From the NCBI GenBank assembly GCA_964016885.1, contig OZ024758.1, forward strand, positions 7,874,001-7,938,000: 64,000 nucleotides of DNA, read 5' to 3'. Below, piece by piece: positions 13,149-27,064 of the stretch. The notes beneath the pieces are model-generated. The model searched no databases. It had not been told where the DNA came from and saw only the letters and a program-made list of their open reading frames with translations. A program made the translations under genes and the position numbers. Every line of letters starts with the position of its first letter. The first letter of the stretch is position 1. The DNA comes from Eledone cirrhosa. Lineage: Eukaryota.

Positions 13149-13428
13149 TGAGTGTGTTTTATTATTATTTCTGGCAATATCATAACAATATGTCCCTCGC
13201 CAAATATAACAATATATATTTAGGTGTGTGTATATATGTATATGTGTGTGTGTGTATATATATATATACACTACATATATGAGACCATATGTTCACATTA
13301 TCTAACCAACAGAAAACAACTGTCTTCCACCTCATGGGAATTAAAGTATGATTCATAAATTATATTGTGGAAATTACTGATATTGTCATAAATATGGTAC
13401 CAATGAAACTAAAGACAGATTATGTTAA

Positions 13429-13720
13429 TAGTAGTAGTGGTGGTGGTAGTGGTATTGGTGGTGACAGCAGCAGTGGTGGTAGTGGTGATGGCACTGGTAG
13501 TGGTCACAGTGGTTGTGGTGATGGTGATTGTCGTGGCAGCTATAGTTGCAGTGGTAGTGGTCACAGTGGTTGTGGTGATGGTGATTGTCGTGGCAACTAT
13601 AGTTGCAGTGGTAGTGGTCACAGTGGTTGTGTTGATGGTAATTGTCGTGGCAGCTATAGTTGTAGTGGTCTGTGGTGGTGCCAGCTGTATTGGTGGTGGT
13701 GGTGATGGTGGTGGTGGCAG
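13429..13720. repeat. GGT-rich tract containing a 60-bp unit x3
   Basis: gtagtggtcacagtggttgtggtgatggtgattgtcgtggcagctatagttgcagtg repeated. Confidence 0.9.
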
Positions 13721-13799
13721 TGTGAGTCTGGAGGAGGAAATCATTAACTTCATAGTATGTTGATAGCATGTTATTAATGTCCTTGTAATAACTAAATCT

Positions 13800-13945
13800 A
13801 TTGGCTGGGGAATCAGCAAACTTATTAAAGTGTTGGATTAAATGATTTGTGCTATTTTCATTCTCTGCACTCTGAGTTCAATTCCTGCTGAGGTCAACTT
13901 TGCCTTTCATCCTTTGAGGGTTGATAAATAAAGTATCAATCCAGT
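13800..13945 (+). mobile_element. Degenerate Nin-domain SINE
   Basis: ctgagttcaattcctgctgaggtcaactttgcctttcatcctttgagggttgataaataaagta. Confidence 0.75.
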
Positions 13946-14025
13946 GAATTGGATTTGCAGGATTGTTACAGTGTTAGACATGATGCCTTGTGGTAATTTT
14001 CACTCCCTTTCATTCTGAGTTTGCA

Positions 14026-14294
14026 TGTGACAACTCTAGTGCCAAGATGTGACAACACTGGTGCCAAGATGTGACAACTCTGGTGCCAAGATGTGACAAC
14101 TCTGGTGCCAAGATGTGACAACTCTGGTGCCAAGATGTGACAACACTGGTGCGCCAAGATGTGACAACTCTGGTGCCAAGATGTGACAACTCTAGTGCCA
14201 AGATGTGACGACACTGATGCCAAGATGTGACAACTCTGGTGCCAAGATGTGAAAACAATGGTGCCAAGATGTGACGACTCTGCTGCCAAGATGT
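14026..14294. repeat. Minisatellite, 22-bp unit, about 12 copies
   Basis: gtgccaagatgtgacaactctg. Confidence 0.95.
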
Positions 14295-14743
14295 GGTGAA
14301 GAGAGACTTGCATGTGCATCGGTGACTACTGATCTTCCATTAAAAAAAAATCCAAAGAACTTTCCCATGTCTGTGTCTTGGAGATGGATTTTCTAAGTAT
14401 AGATCTTTGGTCTCATGAAACAGACAAAAACCCTAAATCATGTTGTAAGGTCTCAGAATAAAACAAAATGCTTTAGGAATTGTTTTACAGTTCAATAACT
14501 TTTTCTGTATACTAAATATATACTAGAGATAATGTAAAGGGCCATAATATTATGCTGCAAAGCATGTCTGATGCTCTACCAATCCACTGCCCTATTTCTT
14601 AGTACTACTGGCTATTATGGAGAGTGAAGTTTTGGTATGTTTTTCTGACCAGGTCACTGTGACTTTCAAATGTATTTCTGCTGTGGTAGCAATCAACTCA
14701 CGGATGTGTTGCAAAACTTTGACATTTCATAATAAATATTATG

Positions 14744-15769
14744 CATCATCATCATCATCAACATCGCCGCCACCATTAACATCACTACCATCGTCACCAT
14801 CATCATCATCACCACCACCACCACTATCATTACCGCCTCCATCATCATCAAAATCACCACCACCACCACCATCATCATCATCACCACCACCATCATGACT
14901 ACTATCATCACCATCACCACCACCACTGTCATCACTACTACCATCATCACCACCACCACCATCACCACCTCCACTGTCATCACTACTACCATCATCACCA
15001 CCACCACCATCACCACCTCCACTGTCATCACTACTACCATCATCACCACCATCACCACCACCATCACCACCTCCACTGTCATCACTACTACCATCATCAC
15101 CACCACCACCATCACCACCTCCACTGTCATCACTACTACCATCATCACCACCACCACCATCACCACCTCCACTGTCATCACTACTACCATCATCACCATC
15201 ATCACCATCACCACCTCCACTGTCATCACTACTACCATCATCACCACCACCATCATCATCACCACCATCACCACCACCACCATCACCACCACCACTGTCA
15301 TCACTACTATCATCATCACCACCACCATCATCATCACCACCACCACCATCATCACCATCACCACCACCACCACTGTCATCACTACTACCATCATCACCAC
15401 CACCACCATCACCACCACCACCACCATCACCACCACCACCACCATCACCACCACCACTGTCATCACTACTACCATCATCACCACCACCATCATCATCACC
15501 ACCACCACCATCATCACCATCACCACCACCACCACTGTCATCACTACTACCATCATCACCACCACCACCATCACCACCACCACCACCATCACCACCACCA
15601 CCACCATCACCACCACCACTGTCATCACTACTACCATCATCACCACCACCATCATCATCACCACCACCACCATCATCACCATCATCACCATCACCACCAC
15701 CACTGTCATCACTACTACCATCATCACCACCACCACCATCATCACCACCACCACCATCATCATCACCAC

Positions 15770-15822
<53 letters not shown>

Positions 15823-15980
15823 CCACCATCATCATCATCATCATCATCACCACCATCGTCACCACCTCCATCATTACCACCAACATGGTCACCACCAGCA
15901 TCATCATGACCACCACCACCACCACCACCACTACCATCATTTAACATATATTTTTCCATGCCAGCATGGGTTGGACCACT
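14744..15980 (-). repeat. Compound (CAT/CAC)n expansion adjoining an RTE/SINE tail
   Basis: 1.2-kb trinucleotide tract with recurring anchor ccactgtcatcactactaccatcatc, ending in catcatttaaca...ttccatgccagcatgggtt. Confidence 0.9.
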
Positions 15981-16252
15981 ATCAAGAAATAAAGAAAAAG
16001 TGACTAGAATGTTTTTTTGTTTTTTTTCTTGAATGTGTGTATTTTTTTCAATGGCTACAAAGGACTCCTCTTTCACAAAGTAAACATTTCATTTTCAACA
16101 CCAGTCTCAGATAAAATCATTGTCAAACTGAAACATTTATAAGATTATTTAAAATAAAACTTTTGGAATGCTATTAGTTTTAATTTATGTTCTCTCTACC
16201 CCACTTCCTATCTTTACTGTGTTTCTTCTTGTCCCCCCCCCTCTCTCTTTCT

Positions 16253-16302
<50 letters not shown>

Positions 16303-18122
16303 CTTTTTCTCACTTCTGCCTCTCCTCTTAAGAAACTAAAACAAGTTTTCTACTATCCAAAAAAAAAGAAAAAAGATTGGACGTGTCAGCTTTCTTGAAT
16401 ATTCTGTCTCTGAATATCTCTCTTCAATCTCATGTTTCTGCATAAAAGAGGTATATGCCATAGCCTCAAGTATTAGACATATTGGAACCAAATTAATCTA
16501 GTTTTCTTTGCATATTTGTTCCATTTAAATATCAGAATCCAGATTGCAGGACATCATGGCTTAAAATTCATAGCAGTTTTAATGCTTTTTTAAAATTGCA
16601 GGGTTGAAATCTGCTGTTAATATATATTTTGTGATTTCTGTGGCATGCTAATGATATGCTGACAACAGTTTCTATAAAACAGAAAGGTCGAGAGAAAGGC
16701 ATGTCTCATTAATTTTTGTTTTTATTTTATGTATTACCAAAGCTAATTTGGATTAGAAAGATGTATATATTTTCAAAGATTTGAAAAACAATAACAACTC
16801 AAATCTAATGTATCATTATATGTCCTGGCAATAATGTAGAGATACTCTTCGATAAAAATAAAAAAAAAATTCAAATGAATAATTGATATTTCTTTGCAAG
16901 ATGCATATTTTTTTTTTTTTAGTATTTTTTTTTTTTTTTTTATTTTTTTTTTTTATTGCATTCAACTTTTTCTTATTTTTCTTATTTTCATGATTTTTCA
17001 TCTTGAATTATTCATTTTATGACTAAAAAGATGTTTCATCCAATGGTTTACTCCCAACATGATATATTTGTTATTCATATCCTTGTTCCACAGTGCTTCT
17101 TCTATCTTAATTTTCCATATGAAAGATAGGGTTTCATAATTTGAGAGGAAGCTCTTTTAAAGAATTATATGTTTATGAATAAATCTAGTTTCATGCATTC
17201 AAAGTAAAATTTCGAAATGTTTTTCTTTAAATATTATTAATTTAAAAACTCCTTTTCATGCTGATGGTACTAAACTATTGAATAAAATGCAGTGTTAGTG
17301 ATTTTATTGATGTGAATTTATAATATTTACATTTGTCACTACTTGGTGAAACCAACTGAACGGGAGAGCCATAAGATGGTTGCTTGACCTGTTAAAACAG
17401 CAGTCAAATTCCCCCTCGAACCATGTCATTCAATCTGAAAACAAGGATAGATGAAATAGTGTACAAGGGTCAGATGAAAAGAATTGGCAGAGTCATAAGA
17501 AAGTTGTTTTGAGGTTGATAAAAAAAGTACCAGTCAAATACTGGAGTCAATTCTTCCTCTCTCTCACTCTTTCTATCTCTCTCTGGAAGAAACCTGCTGA
17601 ATTCAGACCAGGGGTGGAGATGGGCTCTACCAGGTTTTTTAAAAAAAGTCCTAAAAATGCTGTATGTATGAATGGAACAAAGATAGCAAACATGACAAGC
17701 TCTGGTTTAACATAATCTTCAACAAACTTGTAAAATTAACAGAGCTAGAAGTGTCAGCTCTCGTCCTCAACATTTTACACCAACATTCTCTGTTGGATTG
17801 GATGAGTCATCACTGTCTGAGACAACAAACATATCAGAGGACAACGTCTTGCTTATGTATTCTATTTTTAGTGTGATTTCTACAGCTGGGTGCCGTTCCT
17901 ATCACAGCTAGTCATTAGTACTTCAAATTTCTTAACAAAAACGTCAAGTTCAGTTACAGCTGTACAATGGAATATCAATAGCTTGATAATATATAAACTC
18001 CTAGGGTCCAGTCTACTAAACAACATCCATGATTTCAGTGTAGCGTGTGGTTTTGGTCTCATAACACCTGAGGGACGTGTAGGGGCACCATATTGACATA
18101 GAGCGTTTCTTGAGCTTTTTAA

Positions 18123-18330
18123 CCCTTTAGCATTTAAACCAGCCATATCCGACCAGAATTCTCTCATCGCTTTCTGTTCAAACTGACTGTGACCAGCCAT
18201 TCATACTAATGTTAGGATATTGTTCTCAAAATAAATAATATCAAAAGCTCACAGATTCAAAATTATGTGAGGTAAAGCCTTTACCATGGAAATACAATAG
18301 CAAATATAGAATAATGTAAGTGTTAAAGGG
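18123..18330. mobile_element. TTAA-flanked MITE, family A (piggyBac-type CCC...GGG ends)
   Basis: TTAA|ccctttagcattta ... taagtgttaaaggg|TTAA. Confidence 0.85.
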
Positions 18331-18596
18331 TTAAGCCTGACAGAGTCCATTCCTCTCCTTGCTTGAGTACAATAGAGAAGGATAGAAAGTAAGAGAGAAA
18401 GGAAGTGAGAAAGAGATATAGAGGAAGAATTGACTGCAGTACTAGACTGCTACTTTTTTATCGACCTTGAATAGATGAAAAGCAAAGTTGACCTTGGCTT
18501 TGAACTCAGAGAGCAATACCACAAAGTTCTCTATTTGATGTTCTAACGACTCTACCAATACTCCGCTTGCAGGCCAAAAAAGACTTGCCTATTTAA

Positions 18597-18845
18597 CCCT
18601 TTAGCATTTACATTACTCTATATTTACTATTATATTTTCATGGTAAAGGCTTTATCTCACATAATAACCCATGTTAGCGTGGAAGATGGACGTTAAACGA
18701 TGATGATGATGATGAATATCGAATCTATGAGATTTTGATGTTTAGTTTTAGAACAATATCTTAACATCAGTATGAGCAACCAGTTACAGCTGGTTTGAAC
18801 AGAAAGAGGTGAGAGAGAATTCTGGCTGGTTTAAATGTTAAAAGG
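18597..18845. mobile_element. TTAA MITE, family A, with nested ~50-bp RTE tail (18667-18715)
   Basis: TTAA|ccctttagcatttaca ... taaatgttaaaagg|TTAA; opposite orientation to the 18123 copy. Confidence 0.85.
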
Positions 18846-18927
18846 TTAATGAGGAGTGCCTAACAATGCAAACAGAAATTGTCAAGTAATGTAATGTAGC
18901 TGCGGGGCCAAAAAGACTTGCTTACTT

Positions 18928-20098
18928 AATGGAGAGTGCCTATCAATGTCAGGCAATGGAGAGTGCCTATCAATGTCAGGCAATGGAGAGTGCCTATCAA
19001 TGTCAGGCAATGGAGAGTGCCTATCACTGTCAGGCAATGAAGAGTGCCTATCAATGTCAGGCAATGGAGAGTGCCTATCAATGTCAGGCAATGAAGAGTG
19101 CCTATCAATGTCAGGCAATGGAGAGTGCCTATCAATGTCAGGCAATGGAGAGTGCCTATCAATGTCAGGCAATGAAGAGTGCCTATCAATGTCAGGCAGT
19201 GGAGAGTGCCTATCACTGTCAGGCAATGAAGAGTGCCTATCAATGTCAGGCAATGGAGAGTGCCTATCAATGTCAGGCAATGAAGAGTGCCTATCAATGT
19301 CAGGCAATGGAGAGTGCCTATCAATGTCAGGCAATGAAGAGTGCCTATCAATGTCAGGCAATGAAGAGTGCCTATCAATGTCAGGCAATGGAGAGTGCCT
19401 ATCAATGTCAGGCAATGAAGAGTGCCTATCAATGTCGGGCAATGAAGAGTGCCTATCAATGTCAGGCAGTGGAGAGTGCCTATCACTGTCAGGCAATGAA
19501 GAGTGCCTATCAATGTCAGGCAATGGAGAGTGCCTATCAATGTCAGGCAATGAAGAGTGCCTATCAATGTCAGGCAATGGAGAGTGCCTATCAATGTCAG
19601 GCAATGGAGAGTGCCTATCAATGTCAGGCAATGGAGAGTGCCTATCACTGTCAGGCAATGAAGAGTGCCTATCAATGTCAGGCAATGAAGAGTGCCTATC
19701 AATGTCAGGCAGTGGAGAGTGCCTATCACTGTCAGGCAATGAAGAGTGCCTATCAATGTCAGGCAATGGAGAGTGCCTATCAATGTCAGGCAATGAAGAG
19801 TGCCTATCAATGTCAGGCAATGAAGAGTGCCTATCAATGTCAGGCAATGAAAAGTGCCTATCAATGTCAGGCAATGAAGAGTGCCTATCACTGTCAGGCA
19901 ATGGAGAGTGCCTATCAATGTCAGGCAATGGAGAGTGCCTATCAATGTCAGGCAATGGAGAGTGCCTATCACTGTCAGGCAATGGAGAGTGCCTATCAAT
20001 GTCAGGCAATGGAGAGTGCCTATCAATGTCAGGCAATGGAGAGTGCCTATCAATGTCAGGCAATGGAGAGTGCCTATCAATGCAACCATGTCAGGCAA
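18928..20098. repeat. Minisatellite, 27-bp unit, about 43 copies
   Basis: aatg(g/a)agagtgcctatca(a/c)tgtcaggc. Confidence 0.98.
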
Positions 20099-20770
20099 GG
20101 TGTAGAGAAACGATGTCCTCAACCATAAATCTAGCTTCAGTAATAAGTAAAATAGCACATCCAGATATTTATGGCATTTCATGTGTTGATGATTTTCACA
20201 TCAAACACAACATACTTTACATAAATGGAATAAAACAATGTCAGGTTTGAACTCCAGAGAAATCCCAGTTGGGTATTTTATTGAATTTGGCACTTTTTAT
20301 ACTGCTAGCTTCACTTCATTCATTATATTTAAATATTTGACTAAATATATTGAGAATTGCTTCTCTGTTTATTTTTTTTGTATGTATTTGTTTATAAAAA
20401 CTACTCTTGTTTTCCACGTTTTGTAAATGGTATTAATTTTGATTTGGACAACAAAATACTAAACTGAGAAAACAAATATAATTTTTTAGTGTTAACAAAT
20501 GAAATAGCCTGAAAATAGTGTAGAATTATTTAAACTATTGAGAGTACAAGAAGAGTACAAGAAGTGTGACCCCTACTTCTTACTTTCTAATGATAAAGTC
20601 TTCTCACATAAGCTTCAAAGAGGAAATCTTATGTTTACACCCAGGCATTTTCTCTCTTTTACTATCGCTTTCATCTCTCTCTCTCTCTCTCTCTCTCTGT
20701 CATCATCTTCATCATTATTCATTTTATGTCCATATGTATCCTCTTCTACCTCTTCTCTATCTTTCTATTT

Positions 20771-21172
20771 CATACACACACACACACACATACATACATA
20801 CACACACACAAATACATACATACATACACACATACATACATACACATAAATAAATACATGCATACATACATACACACACACACACATACATACATACATA
20901 CATACACATAAATACATACATACATACACACATACATACATACACATAAATAAATACATGCATACATACATACACATACATACACACATACATACCTACA
21001 GACGTACATACACACATCATCGTTATCATCGTTTAACGTTCATCTTCCACGCTAGCATATACACATAAATACATACACACACATTCATACACACACATAT
21101 ATACATTCATACATACACATACATTCATACACATACATACATACATACATACATGCATACATACATACATAT
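20771..21172. repeat. (CA/CATA)n microsatellite with an embedded short RTE tail
   Basis: catacata runs; atcatcgtttaacgttcatcttccacgctagcat near 21025. Confidence 0.9.
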
Positions 21173-21686
21173 AAATGTGTGTATAGAAGGATTATTTTTT
21201 TAATAATTTCATTTTAAACTAAATGTCTCTGCTAGATGTTTGAGTAGACTTCACAGAAATTGTGAGAAATAGTTTCCAAGCTGTGGCCACTTGTATGGCA
21301 AATATCTCTTCTTTAGTTTGATTTCTGTGAGATGAAAGGTGAAAATATATTGCTATTGTGATAAAGGCATTTAAAAGGTTGGTCATTAGTTTTATTAGAT
21401 TCTTTTTCTTTTACACTTGAAAATTAATGGTCTGAATGTATTTTATATTTTAAACTATAAAGCAACTAAACGCAAGATGTATATCTTGTATAATTTATTC
21501 ATAGCCTGCCAGGAGATACAATGGCTACTCACACTTAACTGAGTGTAAAATTGTAAAGACATTTCAAAGTTGTGTTTATTTTGCATCTGTTTTCCATGCT
21601 AGCATAAGTTTTGAAAATTTGGATATTCGATATTTGTATTCTGTTAGAGGAATTGATATCTCATCTGAGTGTCATTCTTGCTACTA

Positions 21687-21896
21687 TAGGGTGGCTACTG
21701 AAAGACTGAATGGTATAAAACTAAAATAACCTTTACAAATACAGGGGTTTGTTTTTTTTTAATTATTTTATTTGGAAATATAAGTAATGGATTTTTTTCA
21801 GTATTATGTGTGCAAAACAAGGGATGCTCTGTAACCTGAAAAAGAAATAAAATAAAAAAAGATTGAAAATGAACAAGTTTTTCAGTGACTACCCTG
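21687..21896. mobile_element. Tc1/mariner-type MITE
   Basis: TA|tagggtggctactgaaa ... ttttcagtgactaccctg|TA imperfect TIRs. Confidence 0.65.
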
Positions 21897-22435
21897 TATT
21901 AAACATTTAACTATGATTAGTAATGGAACTTGTGGCCAACCATGAAGATTAACCTTCTTAATGCTAACCTAGCCCAAACCAGTTTTGGTCATATGAAACA
22001 AATCCACCCATTTTAAAGGGTTTATATTTAGATTAATATTTTCCATCATAATCTTACACAAGAACCATATGTTAAGTTATCTTAGAAATGAAATAATTAA
22101 TGATTTCTGTAAATCCCTTGGCATTCTCAATTAATTGAAACGGAATGTATTTCATTAGAAATGCAGTCAGGAATAGGCTAAAGCTGATGGAAGTATTTGC
22201 CATACTTAATAATATGAAAAATGGCTGTAGTAAGGTTTCAGTTCAAGACTTGCATAGCTATTAAGTTAATCCATTGAACACAGAGAAACTGAGCCTCATT
22301 TTGTAATAGGCAGCTATTTACTTTTCTGTGGAATTTTGATTGGTTTGTTTATAGTAGATGGAGATTGTCAAATATCTAGCTTTCTAAAGAGAGAAGTGTT
22401 TACATTTGCTGCATAGCTTCATAATGGTTACTGAT

Positions 22436-22806
22436 TTAGACACAAGGTCAGCAATTTGGGGGAGAGGGGAAAGTCGATTAAGTCAACTTCAGTGCATTAC
22501 TAGTACTTTATATTATCAACCTGTAAGGATGAAAGACAAAGCTAACCCCAGTGGAATTGAACTCAGAACATAAAGGGCCCATAACTCTATGCTACAAAGC
22601 ATGTTGTCCGACACTCTACCAATTCTGCCTATCCACTACCCTACATAGATACATAATTGTTTCTACTTTTAGCACAAGGCCAGCAATTACCCAGTGCATT
22701 ACTGGTATTTTATCGACCCCGTAAGGATGAAAGGCAAAGTTAACTCGGATTGTAAAGGGACGTAACTACGCTGGAAAGCGTGTCTTACCCTCTACCAATG
22801 CTGCCA
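22436..22806 (-). mobile_element. Two Nin-domain SINEs in reverse orientation
   Basis: cacaaggtcagcaatt...gtaaggatgaaagacaaag and cacaaggccagcaatt...tatcgaccccgtaaggatgaaaggcaaag. Confidence 0.85.
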
Positions 22807-23307
22807 AATACAATCCATTATCATCATCATGTCCGAGGCAGTAACAAGTCTGCCAATCCAGTACTCATCTTTAAAGCTTAGCAAAAAACTATTTTTCGAT
22901 TAATGAAATACTCTTAAGCTCTCAATATGTCATAGAGTCCATAACATGATTGTAATCTATTTTGGTATTAACCATGGGAGATGGGAATTAAGCTTTTATT
23001 TCCTTCTCACACTCATTGTATTTTCAGTTTATTTTGTGTTGTTTTTCATTGTTTGTCACCATCTGGTCATGTTTAATGTAACTAATTTATTATTTAAATA
23101 ATTATGGCTCATTAATCAGTTAACTATAATGAGAACTGTAGAGTTTTTGGTTTTGTTGATCTGTTTTCTTTTCTATTTTAAATTGAACCTTTGATTCAAT
23201 TGGGGTAACCTGTTACAATCACAAGTAAAAATATGATATATTAAATATCAGAAGTATATTAAATATATATTAAATATATTTTTAGTTCAAGTTATATATC
23301 TTTTTAA

Positions 23308-23695
23308 AGGCAGTGAATTGTTAGTCATTAGAATGTCGGATAAAATGCTTTGTGATGTATGTTTCTGCTCTCTGAGTTCAAATCCTGCCATGGTCAACTT
23401 TACCTTTTATCCTTTCAGGGTCAAGAAAAAAAAACTACCCATCTAGTATTGGGGTCTATTCTTCCTCTATATCTCTTTCTCTCCCCCTGTATCTTTCTCT
23501 GTAAGAAATCTGCTGTATTCAGACCTGGAGAGGAGATGGGCTCAGGGCCATCTTAACGCATGGGCATGCTGGGAAGTTGCCTGGGGGCCCCACGAGGATA
23601 GGTTTAAAAACATGCCCCAAGAAATACTGTATGTTAGTATGGCACACCTACAACTCCATCGGGAGTTACAGGTTCTTATATATATACATACATGC

Positions 23696-23728
<33 letters not shown>

Positions 23729-23780
23729 CATTACATATGTGGCACACCTACGACTCCATCAGGAGTTACAGGTTCTTATC
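23308..23780 (+). mobile_element. Nin-domain SINE with alternative tail, an inserted cagggccatcttaac fragment and a duplicated 39-bp end
   Basis: Core near 23390-23425; tail aaatctgctgtattcagacctggagaggagatgggctc; tggcacacctac(a/g)actccatc(g/a)ggagttacaggttctta twice. Confidence 0.7.
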
Positions 23781-24342
23781 ATCATCATCGTTTAACGTCC
23801 ATCTTCCACGCTTGCATGATATATATATATATATCCTCTTGGAATGCAAACATAATCACAATCTCAGTTGTAATTTATTGTTAATTCCAGCTGCTAATAT
23901 TGTATCTTCATTCTCTTTTGATGACAAATTCAACTAGTATTTGTCTGACATTTTAATTCTGCTAAGCTTCTTTATGTTTTCAAATCTTGTCAGCATTCAG
24001 AATTTTCATTTTGCTATTCTTTTATGAAGAAGAGTTTAAATTCTGAAGTCTGTATTTTTACAAAATGTAATTAAATTATTTAATTTAGTTATTTTATTTT
24101 ATTTTAAATTTCAACTAGTTTATAAATATTCAAAATACTGTTTCAAGAAGGAATATTACATTGTAATGATTATTATGCAAAGTTCTCTTACATTCCAAAG
24201 TATATCTTAGAAAAAAAAAATAAGTGGTCTCTAACTTAAAAATCGACCAAGCTTATTTCCAAATGTTTAAAACCAAATCCTATTTCTTAATACAGTGGAA
24301 TGTTGGGTTCTAGTGCATGCTGGGGTTTTTTTTATTTTTTTT

Positions 24343-24548
24343 TTACAGGGTGGACTGGGTGCTTTTGTTGTATACCAGCCTGACCACTTTACAGAGAGGA
24401 CTGGGTGTTTTTTGTTGTATACCAGCCTGACCATGTTACAGGGTGGACTGGGTGCTTTTGTTGTATACCGGACTGGGTGCTTTTGTTGTTTACCAGCCTG
24501 ACCACTTTACAGGGTGGACTGGGTGCTTTTGTTGTTTACTAGCCTGAC
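24343..24548 (-). repeat. Degenerate tandem copies of the SINE-derived segment
   Basis: ttacagggtggactgggtgcttttgttgtataccagcctgacca, 4-5 copies. Confidence 0.85.
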
Positions 24549-24641
24549 AATAGAATAGAAACAGTTAAGAAAATGCCAATAATTTGATATTTTTGTATTA
24601 GCTTTGTCCTGATTTGTAATTTAAAACAATTTATTACCCAG

Positions 24642-24866
24642 TAACCCTCCCATTACCCTATTTCTATTGAAAGACACTACCAGTCATCAACTCTTTCATT
24701 ACTATATTTCTATTGAAAGACACTACCAGTCATTAACCCTTTCATTACCCTATTTCTATTGAAAGACACTACCAGTCATTAACCCTTTCATTACCCTATT
24801 TCTATTTTAAGACACTACTCCTTATTAACTCTTTCATTACTATATTTCTATTGAAAGACACTACCT
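24642..24866. repeat. ~46-bp unit x5, a tandemised end of a TTAA-type MITE
   Basis: taaccctttcattaccctatttctattgaaagacactaccagtcat. Confidence 0.85.
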
Positions 24867-26507
24867 ATAGTTTTCAAATTATTCTGAAAATAATCAAGAA
24901 TAGGTGGGGATTTATAAGATTCTTATTATTAAACTTGCGTTTGGAACCTTATTTAGAAATTTAACAGCGATTTTTAGATAAACGTATGATGGAAAGTTTT
25001 TAGATAACTATAAAAACTTTAGAATATACAGCTTTGGATCCTAGAACCAAAGGTGGTTTGGTATCAAAAGAGGTAATACATTTATTAAAATTCAGGTGAT
25101 ATTTGTCATTGAGGTTAAATCATTTTTTTCTTCTTTATGTATAAAAATTTTATTTCAAAATACTCAAATATATTTTTAGGGTCTAATTACATAAAAATGA
25201 TAAAGAATTTAATATTTAGTCAAACTTATAGAAAAGGAAAGTAGCTATGGAAAGGTCTGTAAATGCTATAAACAAGAGGAAAAAGAGAGAAAGAGCAAGG
25301 ATTATTAGGCAACAAAAAGGAGAAAGGGAGAGGGGTTTGGGAAGGTTATCTATGGTTCTAGTGGAGGACACTAATAGAATTCATTTTGAAAGACTTCTTA
25401 AACCCCAGAGTGAAATGAAAATTTTAGATTATCTTTGCCAAAACAGAAATATAATAACCATAACGATTCCATTTAGGTAAGGAGGAATTTATTTAATCTT
25501 TCCATACTCGTATTTATAATGAAAGGCACTGCCTTTGATTTTGAAATAATTTGGAAAATAACCAAGAATTTTGTGGGATTTAGTAGACATATAAATAAGT
25601 ATCTCTCAAAAGTAGGATGAAAGAATTTTAAATAAATATAAATATTTTAGAACTGGGACAATTTCAGGCAGTTTTGTAACAAAAGGGTTAAAAATATGAA
25701 ATGTGCTTTAGTTTAGCTAGAGCAAGATCTACATAAAGGTAATCTTTTTTCTGATTTTATTTTTTTATTTTTTATTTTTTATTTTATTTTTTTTTTTATT
25801 TTTTTTTTTATTTATTTTTTTTTTTTTATTTTTTTTTTATTTTTTTTTTATTTTTTTTTTTTTTGCATAAGCTATATTATACACACTAGCTTCTATTCAC
25901 TATATTATATACACCAGCTATTCACTGACATATGTGCTATACATCAGCTATATTATATACACCAGCTTCTATTCACTATATTATATACACCAGCTATTCA
26001 CTGACATATGTGCTATACTAAAAACATTATCAGCAGGGATCATGGGATTGAACATTTGTTCCTGATATAAAAATGTTGAGAAAGTAGACTAGTTCTGATA
26101 AATAATTAATATTTCAGTTATATTAGATAAGAATTTTCAAGGGGTTCAGCATTATTAAAACCTGGTTGTCCCCCAAAAGTTCTCATCGAAAACACATTAA
26201 TAGTTATTTATTGTGACATTTTAAAGGAAAACAACTAAAAAAATCACAATTCTTTCACACTTGACTTGTGTAAAGTCTAGCTTCAGTTAGAAAACTTTCT
26301 TCTTCAAAATGTCATTCATGGTTCCAGATTTATCTGATAACACTTTTTTATGAGGCAAATCATCTTAAAATGTGATCCTTAATCTTTTTTTAAATATAAG
26401 TATATTAGTATATTTGAAAGACAGTATTTTGATCAATATCATTTTGTTTTTATTGTTTAAGTCATCTGACAAATATAATCTTAGAATCATTTTTGGTATA
26501 ATAATAA

Positions 26508-26645
26508 TAATTGTTTCTACTTTTGACACAAGGCCAGCAATTATCCCAGTGTATTACTGGTACTTTATTTTATCGACCCCGTAAGGATGAAAGGCAAAGT
26601 TAACCTCGGCGGGATTTGAACTCAGAATGGCAAGGGCCGTAACTC
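26508..26645 (-). mobile_element. 5'-truncated Nin-domain SINE
   Basis: ttgtttctacttttgacacaaggccagc...tatcgaccccgtaaggatgaaaggcaaagttaacctcggcgggatttgaactcag. Confidence 0.9.
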
Positions 26646-27064
26646 AAGACAGTGAGAGAAAGGTTTATAATGAAGACTAAAAAATAAACATTTAAGAAGA
26701 AATCAAAACATTACAAATTCGCCAAAAGTTGGGATACCTTCGAGGGTCACTTGTAGAGAAAGCCCAGAAAAAGCCACGATAACCTTGACTGTTAGGGCAA
26801 GTGCCCTCTCTTAATTGTCCTCCTCTATTTTACAGGTGCATGCTCATATAAGAATAGTTTCTAATATAGGCACAAGGCCAACAATTGGTCATAAGCAAAG
26901 GGTGGCATCATTTCATTGGTCAAAACAACAAACCCACTAACATAGCAGTATATCAAGTGATTGTTTTATTTTATTATTTTAAGAGTTTTGTAGTTTCTTA
27001 CTCATTGAAAAATCATTTCTGTCATAAATTTTGGATGTAGAAGAAAGTATTATTCCTTAACATT

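Noticed and set aside
14693-16076. Gly/Asp-, Thr- or Val-rich ORFs
   Set aside because: Trinucleotide expansion attached to a retroelement tail
18882-20250. ORFs of ~400 aa with 9-aa repeats
   Set aside because: Four frames are open because the 27-bp unit lacks stops; no gene context
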